64,000 nt of DNA from the human T2T-CHM13v2.0 reference genome, Homo sapiens: assembly GCF_009914755.1 (NCBI RefSeq), contig NC_060935.1. One strand, given 5' to 3'. The notes beneath the pieces were generated by a model. The model ran no database searches. It saw nothing but the letters and a program-made list of their open reading frames with translations, and was not told the DNA's origin. The position numbers and the translations under genes were made by a program. How positions within the stretch are numbered: the first letter of the stretch is position 1; the number at the start of each line of letters is the position of its first letter. This document shows positions 46,382 through 57,270 of this stretch, in pieces.

Positions 46382-46875
46382 GAGATCTACTTTAAAATAA
46401 TCTAGTGTAAGAGCTGGGGTGGAGGAAAGCAGATGGGTTTTCAAGACTAGACATGAGCTGATAAGTTTTAAAGTTAGGTGTTGGGCACATGGTACTCATA
46501 GTATTCTTTGTGCTTATATACATGTTTGTAATTGATTTACTAAAGGTAGAAATTAAAAATATTTTAACATCAAAAGCTGGTGAGGCTAAAAAAAAAAAAA
46601 AAGCTCCTTCATTTATACTGCTTGATGGGGGTTAAATCACTTGAAGGAGGAGAGTTACTTGGCAATATATATTTCAAATTTTGCATAATGGGCATTTATC
46701 TTGAGCCAGAAATTTTACTTCTAAGAATTTATTGTAGGGATAGTCAGATATGAGCACAAAGATAAATATACATATTTGCTTACTAAAACATTATTGGCAA
46801 TAATAGTGAAAATTTATTAAACAACCCAAATGCCCAACAATATAGACTATATTCATTATAGATAATCTCATCAGA

Positions 46876-47173
46876 TTTTTTTTTTTTTTTTGAGACAGAG
46901 TCTTGCTTTGTTGCCTAGGCTGAAGTGCAATGGTGCAATCTCGGCTCACTGCAGCCTCAACTTCCCAAGCTGAAGTGTTCCTCCCAGTTCAGCCTCCCAA
47001 GTAGCTAGGATTACAGGCATGGGCCACAATGCCTTGCCAAGTTTTGTATTTTTTGTAGAGACAGGGTTTCGCCCTGTTGCTCAGGCTGGTCTTGAACTCC
47101 TGACTCAAGCGATCGGCCTGCGTCAGTCTCCCAAAATACTGGGATTGCAGGCGTAAGCCACTGTCCCTGGCCC
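46876..47173 (-). mobile_element. AluJ
   Basis: Reverse Alu dimer with J-type 'gcagcctcaacttccc', 'ttttgtagagacagggtttcgcc', 'gactcaagcgatc'. Confidence 0.9.
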
Positions 47174-47899
47174 AGATTCTTAAAAGCACTGCATGTGTGT
47201 GTATTTAAGTAAAAAGAATATAGTTAATCTAGTAAATACTTTTAAAGGTCCCTAAGGCACTTGAACTCACTTATAAACACCGTTCCTATTATTCCTCCTT
47301 GACACTATTAGTCATGTATACAACATACATAATTCATGAAATGGAAAATACATAATAAATAAATAGTTGATCTCTAAAATCATTTGAATGAAATAGTAAA
47401 GTAACGAACCAAGAACAAAACATTATAAAAACAAAACTCACCTTCTAATATGTGTTCAAGAGAAAACACGTTAATTATAAAATGTAACATGGCTTCAAGT
47501 CTTTCCTTCAAAAATATCATGAGAAGGAATTAAGAGTCAAGTAAATTCTTTTGTTTTATTGTTGACAAGTATAGTCTGTGCAATTATACTGTATGTGAAA
47601 TATAGATTTTTAAATAAGGAATAATGAGCATCATATAGCAGGTGGTCAGTATTTCTCAATCTTGGTGTTAAAATCCTATTTCCTTTCTAACATCTTGAGT
47701 ACATTATAAAAAATGAATCATGCCCGAAAGGTATGAGAGAATCTGAAAAAAACTTAAGTTTTGCTTTCCAGAGATCACAACTAGGTCAGGTCTAATGCTT
47801 TATTAAAAGAAAAAGAATACATATGTGTATATACAATATATATGTTTTAAGATAATCTATCCAACTTCCGTATTTTCTTAATGTAAAGGTATAATATAG

Positions 47900-49420
47900 G
47901 GAACTTCTGCTAATAATAAAGATGGAGATAACTCAGACCAACCTTTCTTCTGAAGGCAACTAAAAGTCTGGACAAAATATAAAAAACATCTGTTTGAAGG
48001 CACTGGATTATTAATAAGATGGTGAAAAATTACAGGTGAGTATCAGGAGGAAGCTGGAGGCTCAGGAAAGTAATTTCTGCAATTTCAGCTAATTTCCCCT
48101 TGAGGTTGTTTGCTTATGCTGGAAGAGCTGGCAGAAAAGCATAGCAACAGTGCTAAGAGCTTTGGGGGAATAGGGTGCTGGAACTGGAATTTAGGATCTT
48201 TGTAAATCTTCCTTGCTTTGAGTTGGGACTCTGAACAGCTATACTGTAGAGGGCAAATCAGAAATAGGCAGGACCTCAGGAAACTACAGTTTAGTATCAA
48301 ATTACCTCAGTCTCTGAAATAGGACTGAGGTGATTCTGAATTGCTAATGCTACCTAGAATATGAAAGAAGGAACTGTAAATATTCTCTGAGATATTTAAT
48401 ATCATGATCAGATGCATCAAAATATTCTGCAAATAATTTTGCAAATACCTGACTGGCACACAAAAAATTTGCATGCATATGAGGAATTAAGACCACATGC
48501 AAGAAAATCAGTCTAAACAGATCCAGTGGTTACAGACTTTGGAATTCTCAGACACAGACTTTAAATTATAGTTGTCTCTCAGTATCTGTGAGGGATAGGT
48601 TGCATGACCATACTAAAATTCATGGATGCTCATATCCTTTATATATAAAATAATACAGCATTTGCACACAACCTATACAATCCTCCCATATGCTTTAATA
48701 ATCTCTAGATTACTTACAATACCTAATACTATATATATATACTATGTAAATAGTTATGATGCATTGTTCAGGGAATAATGACCAAAAAAAGTCTATATGT
48801 TCAGTACAGATGAAACCATCCATGTTTTTTTTTTTTTTGATTAGTTGGTTGAATCCATGGATGCAGAACCCATGGAATATGGATGGCTGACTATAATTAT
48901 ACCCTTTGTGCTTAATAACAATTTTTGCAAAGATATGAAACTATAAAAAAGAATAAAATGGAAATTCCAGAATTGGAAATATAGCGACTGAAATTAAAAA
49001 TTTTATGGATTTAAGGATCATTTGATAAAGCTGAAAAAAGAAAGTAAACTGAAGAATGTGAGAAACAAAATTATCCAGGAAGAGAAAAAAACATTAAAAG
49101 CAAAAGAGTAAAGGGCATAGACAATACAATGGGAAAGTGCCATGCAATATAATTGGAGTCCCAGAAGTAGAGGAGAGAGCAAAAGTGACAAAAGCAATAG
49201 GTGAGGAGATAATGGTTAAGAATTTTCCAAAACAAACAAAAGATAATGCAGAAACAAATTCAGAAAGTCAGGAACCCACTTAAGAGAAGTAAAAATAAAG
49301 TCAACTAGGCATAACATAATAAAACTATTACAAGCCAAAGACTGAGGAAATATTTCAATAAGCCAGAAGTCAGATTGTATTCAGAGGGGCAACACTTAAC
49401 ATAAAATCTGACTTCAACAG
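47900..49420 (+). mobile_element. Ancient L1M 5'/ORF1-region remnant, interrupted by MER2
   Basis: 'aattggagtcccagaagtagaggagagag...gaggagataatggttaagaattttccaaaac' L1 ORF1 motifs. Confidence 0.6.
48569..48892. mobile_element. MER2 (Tigger) DNA transposon, opposite orientation to the copy at 29959
   Basis: 'tagttgtctctcagtatctgtgagggataggtt...atctctagattacttacaatacctaatac...ggttgaatccatggatgcagaacccatgga...ggctgactata'. Confidence 0.8.
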
Positions 49421-49477
49421 ACTATTATTCTCTGTGAATAAGGTCTTACATATTAGCCCTTCACTCCCAACTATTTG

Positions 49478-49573
49478 TCTATTTGTCTTAGGTGAGCTAA
49501 ATGTGTGCTGGGACACATTTGAGCCAAATGTCCCAGCACACATTTAGCTCACATAAGAAAAATGGACTCTAGT
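49478..49573 (+). ncRNA. MIR610: microRNA precursor MIR610; mature miR-610 UGAGCUAAAUGUGUGCUGGGA at 49493-49513
   Basis: 96-nt hairpin TCTATTTGTCTTAGGTGAGCTAAATG...AATGGACTCTAGT matches the recalled hsa-mir-610, which I recall lying within KIF18A; 24-bp perfect stem 49492-49515 / 49529-49552. Confidence 0.9.
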
Positions 49574-49897
49574 TGGGAGTGAGGGGCTAATAAACACCAG
49601 ATCCCAAGAAAATTCCCCATAATGGAAAATATAGGCAGATTTGACTATATAAAAGTTAAAAGTCCAATAAATTGATCAATTATTGCTCAACATATATATA
49701 AAAAAAAGCAGCACCAAATGAACAAAGAGTTATTAGATACGAAGTGCCAAGTAAAAAACCAAGCAAACAAAAAGCCCCTCAAACCCATAACAAATAAACA
49801 AAAATTTCCACTAGTGTGAATGAGCAAAGGATACCTGACAGGGGATGAATTGGCCTCATCGATAATCTGAGAGTTACACATTTTAAAAGACTATGCA

Positions 49898-50221
<324 letters not shown>

Positions 50222-51032
50222 TTATTATTGCTGTTGTTACTATTTTTGGTTTAGGTAAAGATGAAACAGTTACTCTCATGGGTACTAAGTACAGAAAAAA
50301 ATTATGAAAAGCAGTTTAACATGATGCATTAAAAAAAAAATGATATGTCCTTTAACCTGGCAAATCAGCTTCTAGGATTCTGCTATGCACGCACAAATGT
50401 GAATACACAGATGTGTTCTCTGATGTACTGTTCACTAATAGAAAAAAGGTTAATTAAATTATGGTACATCTATTCTCTGGATTCTCAAAAACAATAAAAA
50501 AATGAGGTAGATTCTTCATGTATGCACCCTAAAAATGTTCATAATAAACAAATAAAACCAATAAACATAATAAACTAAACAAAAAAGTTGCAGGTCACTA
50601 TGTGTAATGTGCTAGCATTCACGTGAAACCTAACAAAAAGCTTTATGTAATACATGTGTATTACACACATACTGCAAAGATAAATATTTAACAGCATTTA
50701 ATCTCTGAGATAGGGCATAAAATTGAGGTTCTGAGAAGAGTTGAAGGTGGCAGTCTACTTCTTTTCTTCTACATTGTCTGAATTTTTTTCTTAACTAAGA
50801 TTATATGTTAGCTTTGCAATTAAAATGTCTCACACATACTTTTATGAGAGAAAGAGAAATATCAAGTGATTTGTCAATAGAAAAATAGTAAACTCTACAC
50901 TGTTAGTTGATCTTAAGAACAGATTATTATTATAAAATATGATATGATTAATTATAATTTCCTGCCCTTAATAGAGGTTACATTTTAAAGAAGGATGGGA
51001 AGCAAAATTGTTCCATCAAAAATAGATAAAAT

Positions 51033-51324
51033 GGGTTAGGCACAGCAGCTCATGCCTATAATCTCAGCAATTTGGGAGGCCAGGGGAGACAACTGCTTGA
51101 GCCCAGGAGTTTGAGGTCAGCCTGGGTAACAGTGATACTTTGTTTCTACAGGAAAAAAAAAAAAAAAAAAAAAAAAAGCCAGGAGTGGTGGTGCATGCCT
51201 GTAATTCCTAGCTACTTGTGGGGCTGAAGTGGAAGGATTGCTAGAGCCCAGGAGGTGGAGGCTGCAGCAAGCTTTGATTGCACCACTGGACTCCAGGCTG
51301 GGCAACAGGGTGAGACCCTGTCAC

Positions 51325-51357
<33 letters not shown>

Positions 51358-51360
51358 AAA
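51033..51360 (+). mobile_element. AluJ with expanded middle and terminal A tracts
   Basis: 'gcttgagcccaggagtttgagg', 'ggaggctgcag'; ~25-A linker and ~29-A tail. Confidence 0.9.
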
Positions 51361-51586
51361 GAGTTGTAAAATGAATTTTACTGCTAGAGTTATATAGAAC
51401 ATCAATGCATACTTGTTCTAGATCTTTGGAAGATACTGGTTAATTGAAATGACTATAAAGCTAATTTTCCCATTAATTTTCATAAAATAGACAAACCTAT
51501 TAAAATTAACTGTTCTATAGATTGATATACAAAGGTTCTCTTTAGAAATAATGTTACTATTTACTTAAAACGAAAGTTATACTTAC

Positions 51587-51822
51587 AACAAGGAATAGGC
51601 TGAACTGGTCCAAGTTGTGGAAAGGTCATAAGAACAGAAATCCCTGGTAGATCGTTTTGCTTTGGTTGTTCGGCAGTTTGGTCAGCCCAAACTACCACTT
51701 TTTTCCTCTCTACCAAATGTTCGATCTCTTTGAAGTCAGATTCAAAAGCAGCATTTGACAGGCCGGCTTCTTTTAATGTGCAATATTGTTTTCTTAGGGT
51801 TGGAAGTAAAGCATTCAATACT
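51587..51822 (-). CDS. KIF18A: KIF18A coding exon (exon 13): (A)[14 protein letters not shown]...[11 protein letters not shown]...GPVQPIPC(C); includes the PP1-docking KVVVW motif (51687-51701)
   Basis: Acceptor gtatatAG|A GTA, donor TGT T|GTAAGT; 236 nt, phase 2 to phase 1; overlaps ORF 51561-51818. Confidence 0.97.
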
Positions 51823-52094
51823 CTATATACAGAAGATGAGAAGAAAGGAGAGATAAATATGACATTTTAAACACATTATTTTAGTTCTTTTATGTAACAC
51901 CCAAAGCATTAGCATATCATTAAAATAATTTCCCATGTATGAACTGAGTTCTAGTCTCAGATTGTCTTCACTTGCTTCCATATGACCTTGGACAAGGCAA
52001 AAACTGAAGTTTTTCCTCTGTAATGTGAGGGACAGATAAATAGCCACTACTTATAATAGGAGATTGCTTTGAGGACTAAATGAGTTAAGTATAT

Positions 52095-52392
52095 TTGTTT
52101 ATTTATTTTTTAGAGACAGGGTCTCACTCTGTGGCCCAGGCTGGAGTGTAGTGGCATGATCATCTCATTGCAGCCTCGAACTCCTGGCCTCACTTGATCC
52201 TCCCACCTTAGGCTCCCAAGTTGCTGGGACCACAGATGTGTGCCACTACACTGACTAATTTTTTTATTTTTTGGTAGAGATGGGGTCTTGCTATGTTGTC
52301 CAGGTTGGTCTCAAACACTTAGCCTCAAGAGATCTTCTTGCCTCCACCTCCCAAAGTGCTGGGATTACAGGGATGAGCCACTGTCCCTAGCT
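52095..52392 (-). mobile_element. AluJ
   Basis: 'tagagacagggtctcactctgtggcccaggctggagtg...gcagcctcgaactcctggcctc...cccaaagtgctgggattacagg'. Confidence 0.9.
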
Positions 52393-53233
52393 AAATGAAT
52401 TAAATGTACATAAAAGCTTTTTGCAAAACATAATGTGATTTCCAAACTACAGATGTTGTTACTGCTACTAATTATCATAAAATTGAAATGAAAAATTAAT
52501 ATACTATGTGAAATGATGAGACATATTTTAGGTATACAACATTAAAACACACACACACACACAAACACATAACAAAATAACAAAACCTACCTCTCCTTTA
52601 AGTTAAATGACCTAAAGAAATGGCTTTTGGAATGGCACTTAAAGGGATTTTAAGGAGAAAAGTTGTGGATAAGGATGGGGAGTATAAATAATCGTTAGGG
52701 CACTGGATTCACGGCTTTAACTCAAAATCTCCCTTATTAGCAACAATTACAGCAGCACCGAATGTAATTTTTTGTGTATCAGACCTCTGTGTAAGTGTTC
52801 ATTGAAGAAATGTCACAGCTAAACAGTTATAAATTTATACACTCAATCAGTGGTTCCCAAATTTTCTATAAAGAAATATGTCTAACAACATGAATGATCT
52901 TGAAATGATTCAGTCCTGGAATCCTGAGTCCATCAATAGATGATGTTCCAGTTGACTCATAACATCGAGGAGAAGAGAACCATTAGAAGTATGGATAGGG
53001 TAGTGGGAAAAGACTAATCGGGCATTCACTTTCATACACAAAGAAATACCACCTTTTAACCTACAAGTCTTAAATATTTCAATAGCAGCACAAGAAATTG
53101 TGACCTTTTTCCTTTTGGTGGGGGTGGCTGGAGGGTGCTGCATTTAAGTCAAGTAGGTAACAAGTACAAGAAAAAGTTATTAATCAAAGTCATTTAAACA
53201 ATTACTTATTTAGCATCTACACTAATCAGGTAC

Positions 53234-53794
53234 TGTGCAGGAAAGTTATCATAGTAGGTCTGACACTGCTAAGAAAGGCTTGGTTATAAGGTTGATACCT
53301 GGCTGGTATTTTAAAATATGGATTTTAGGAGGGTTCCCAGCATTTCCAGAACTCATATGACAAGAGTGGCTCACTGTGCTTAAACTGTTTGCACAAACAA
53401 TGTGGTTTATGCTAAAACACCTTCTCTCCTTTTGAAAAGTCTGGAATTTTGATACATCCTGGCAGAAAGTGCCTATGCAACCAGCTCCCAATAAAAACCT
53501 GGGACATGGAACTCAAAAGAGCTTCCAAAGCAGACAACATTTCACATGTGCTGCCACAACTTTTTGCTGGAGGAATTGTGCACATTCTGTGTGATTCCAC
53601 TGGAGGAAGACTCTTGAAACTCTGTGTCAGGGTTCCTGCAGACTTTGCGCCCTGTACCTTTTCCCTTTGCCGAATGTGCTTTGTAGCCTCTTGCTGAAAT
53701 AAAGCACAGCTAAGAATACAACTATCTGATGAGTCCTGTGAGTCCTCCTAATGAATCACTGAACCTGAAAGTAGTCCTAGGCACCTATAACACA
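53234..53794 (+). mobile_element. MER68 solo LTR (ERVL), apparently full length
   Basis: TG...CA termini (TGTGCAGGAAAG...CTATAACACA); internal 'gagtggctcactgtgcttaaactgtttg' and 'gagtcctgtgagtcctcctaatgaatcactgaacctg'; degenerate 5-bp flanks ggtac/ggaat. Confidence 0.85.
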
Positions 53795-55055
53795 GGAATT
53801 ATATCATGTTATTTATTTTTATGTTTAATCTTTTCAAAAACTTTATATGAAATGTATTATAATCTATTCATAACCTTTATATGAACTGTATTATAATCTA
53901 TTTTTATATAAGAAAACTATAGCTTAGCAAAGCTAAATAATCAGCGTAAGGTTATATTGCTCATATAAGCTAGAATTCAAGATTGATTCCAAAACTCATC
54001 CTCTTTCTTCTATGCTACATTTCCTCTGTGATCCTCTGGTTCACCAGTTTTCTAAATTGTTGAGTTAGTCTTTTTCCCCCCATTTTAAGGTAAATGTTTA
54101 TCTTAAGATAGTATATTCATCTGGGGTCTGATATAGCAAATGTAATATGGTTAAAAGAAATTATTGTTTCTTGATGACTTCAGCTCTTGTAAGTGGTTTG
54201 AGTGTTAGTAAATGAATATTCAATATCTGCTCTAGGAATAGACACAGAAAGTATAAAGAGATTAGTCTGAACTTCCATCCACATAAGAGTAACTCCCTGA
54301 AGTTTTTCATTTTTCTTTTTTAAAAAAAGCTATACTAATATGATTTCCTCTAAATCAAGATAATTATCAGTTATTTGAGCATACCAGTAGAACATGAATA
54401 GATTCTTAGAGTAGCAGAAAGCACTTAGAGAAATAAATATCCCATTTGCATGGAACATCAAAGTGATGCCTAAGGAGTTGACTGACGTATCCAATGTGAC
54501 AAAAAAAAGATTAAGCCATACTTTTTATTATTATGTTTTAAAAACTAAATGACTAATGTTACTACTGAGCTAGAAGAGAGAACATAAAAGGTCTGTTATA
54601 GCATCACATAAAAATCAGGACACCTGATATTTAGCAACTTCACTGTAATGACAGCAAAAAATTCTGGAATTATGAATAATTAACAATTGCCTACTTAAAA
54701 ATTCAAGTGATGTTAACAGCAATTGCTTCTAAGTGGAGAAATGGATGGCTAGAAGATAGAGGTAGAAGGCAGATTTCTTTTCAATGTGTGTAGGTACTTA
54801 TGAAATTTTGTATTACATAGCATATATTAAGTAAAAGTAACATACTTTTAAAGAAAAACACTTTCAAATTTATAAACCAATGTAAAAACTTTGTTGGAAG
54901 GAAATAACTCTCTTAATGTTTTCTGGTTCAGACAGACACTTAAAAATAATGTATCCTGTAACACATAAAACTCAACTTTCTGGCAGTGGAAAATTGAACT
55001 TCTGTGCTTCAGATATAGTGTTAAAATTGGAAAATAGGTAAATGTATGTACTCAC

Positions 55056-55177
55056 GCTTCAGTCTGCCTGTGTTGCTGTTCCTGAAGACAAGCTAGATCC
55101 ATCATATGTCTAATTTGTGCTTTCAAATCTTTGTTCTGGAGGTGCAAATGGTGACAATGAAGATCTTTCTTGAGTTC
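55056..55177 (-). CDS. KIF18A: KIF18A coding exon (exon 12): [40 protein letters not shown](A)
   Basis: Acceptor tttgccctAG|GAA, donor GAA GC|GTGAGT; 122 nt, phase 0 to phase 2; not in the ORF track, read manually. Confidence 0.96.
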
Positions 55178-56700
55178 CTAGGGCAAACAATACAAAATGT
55201 ACTTCAGATCACTCTAAGAATATTGAAATTAAATCAGTTTAATAATTTTATATTGTTGCCAATAGTTTTAATTCTTTTTAGATATTAAATAATATGTTTA
55301 GAAACAATTTGAAAAATAAGAGTTCTGGAAAAGGTGGTCTATAATTTACAAGCAAGATAAGTTTTCATGTTTCCTCAGAAACTGAATGTTAGGAATTCAG
55401 AAGAAATTTTACTATGATGACAGCTTCTTGGTCTATCCAACTTGTTCACAATGTTGTAAAAATACATAAATATGACCAGTTTTTGCTTAAATGTCACTTC
55501 CTCAGAAAGGCTTTCCTTGAGCATTGTATTTGGATAGACACTCTCCACCCCTCAATATTGTCATAGCATTTACTCTATTGATGAGTAACAATTTCATTGA
55601 TGTATTCATTTATTTATAATTTCTCTGTTCACACCAGAACATATAGTTTACCACCAGGACAGGCACCGAGTCAGGTTAGTTCAGTGTTAAAGCCCCAGTG
55701 TACAAAGTCTTGAGTTGTGTGCAATAAAAATTTCTGTTTTTGCATGAAACAAAAGATCATATGGTTGATATCACCTTTGGTTGGATGACATGGTTAGAGC
55801 ACTGGCCTATGAGTCATGTGATTTTAGAGATGGGCTTATAAGGCCTTGAAACAAATGCTACCTTAAGTTGAATATACAGCCTTTATGGAGATCAGTTTAC
55901 TGGACTAAAATTTAAGAGCTGGATCAGATGATCTCTTCAGTCCTTTCCAGTTAGAAAATTAAATGATCCTAATAGTGTGAACATGTTTGCCAAATATTAC
56001 GTCTGTTCTCCTTTAAAAGAAAAATATCCTTTATATACATCCTCTCATAATCTCCTTTATCTTCTTGAATCTTTCTTCTTTTAAAGAGACAAGACTTGAG
56101 ACCCACTCTTGATATTAGCTCCATCCTAGGCAAAAGTGTGAAAATGTTTTTTTGCAGGCTCCATTTTCCTAAGCCTCATCTGTCTAGGGCCAGGTGTCCT
56201 GTAATCTACCACCTAAAGTTACTTGTCTTTCCTTAAACCTACTAAACCTTATCTACAGAATATATCAGCGAAGGGATTACACCAAAGTATAAATGGTGAT
56301 AATCTAGTAACATTCTCAGAAATTTTATTGGAAAAATTTCAAACAATACAATGAAAAAAATTTAAATTCTTTGGACATTTTGAATGGCTAAGACAGGAAC
56401 CCCATATGCAGGGGAGCTATGCCTGGAAACTGGAAACTTCCTCCTAGGGACAATTCTCATAATCCATCTTAGCTTTAGCGAGTGGAAACAATGCAAAGTA
56501 TTCTTCAGATTCTTTTAAAGAATATTAAGATTAAATCAATTTTAATAAAATAATTTTAATAAATCAAATTTAATAAAACTCCTTTCCAATCTGCAGTTGA
56601 CCAATAATTTTCTAAAATGTCAAAGTTATTTTTCTCCTTTTTAGAAAGTACTTCCAATGCCAGTTATTGAGACTATGACAGAGAACAATGTCACTCATCC

Positions 56701-56862
56701 TATTTATATATTAAAGTTAGGAGTTATTTATATATATTAAAGTTAGGATATATTAAATTTAGGAGTTATTTATATAATTCATTATACTTCAAGAAATATA
56801 GTATATTTATATATTAAAGTTAGGAGTTATTTATATAATTCATTATACTTCAAGAAATATAG
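56701..56862. repeat. Compound AT-rich tandem repeat
   Basis: 'tatattaaagttagga' occurs about 4 times; 'ttaggagttatttatataattcattatacttcaagaaatatag' occurs twice, 61 bp apart. Confidence 0.9.
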
Positions 56863-57135
56863 CAAATGTTTTAGAAAAAAATTTATCTTTATGGAGGCAG
56901 GACGATACGGCTAGAGTCATGTGATTTTAGAGACGGGCTTAGCCTTGAAACAAATGTCACCTTAAGCCAAATATATGCCCTTTATGGAGATCAGTTTACT
57001 TGACTAAAATTTAAGAGCTGGATCAGATGATCTCTTCAGTTCTTTCTATTACTAGTTAGAAAATTGGATGATCATAATAGTGTGAACATGTTTGCCACAT
57101 ATTGCATCTTTTTTCCTTTAAAAAAATCTCTCCTT

Positions 57136-57270
57136 ATAGCATTAGGAGAAATACCTAATGTAAATGATGAATTGATGGGTGCAGCAAACCAATATGGTAC
57201 ATGTATACCTATGTAACAAACCTACATGTTGTGCTCATGTACCCTAAAACTTAAAGTATAAAGAAAAAAC
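57136..57270 (+). mobile_element. L1PA6/7-like 3' stub
   Basis: 'atagcattaggagaaatacctaatgtaaatgatgaattgatgggtgcagcaaacc...cttaaagtataa'; TSD aatctctcctt / aatccctcctt. Confidence 0.85.

Noticed and set aside
53839-53902. ~30-bp tandem duplication (similar small ones at ~4362-4418 and ~15418-15458)
   Set aside because: Common slippage duplications with no sign of function.
56701-56862. Repeat-spacer or CRISPR-like array (also 11140-11300 and 42559-42726)
   Set aside because: Tandem AT-rich duplications without unique spacers, in a eukaryotic intron, with no cas genes.
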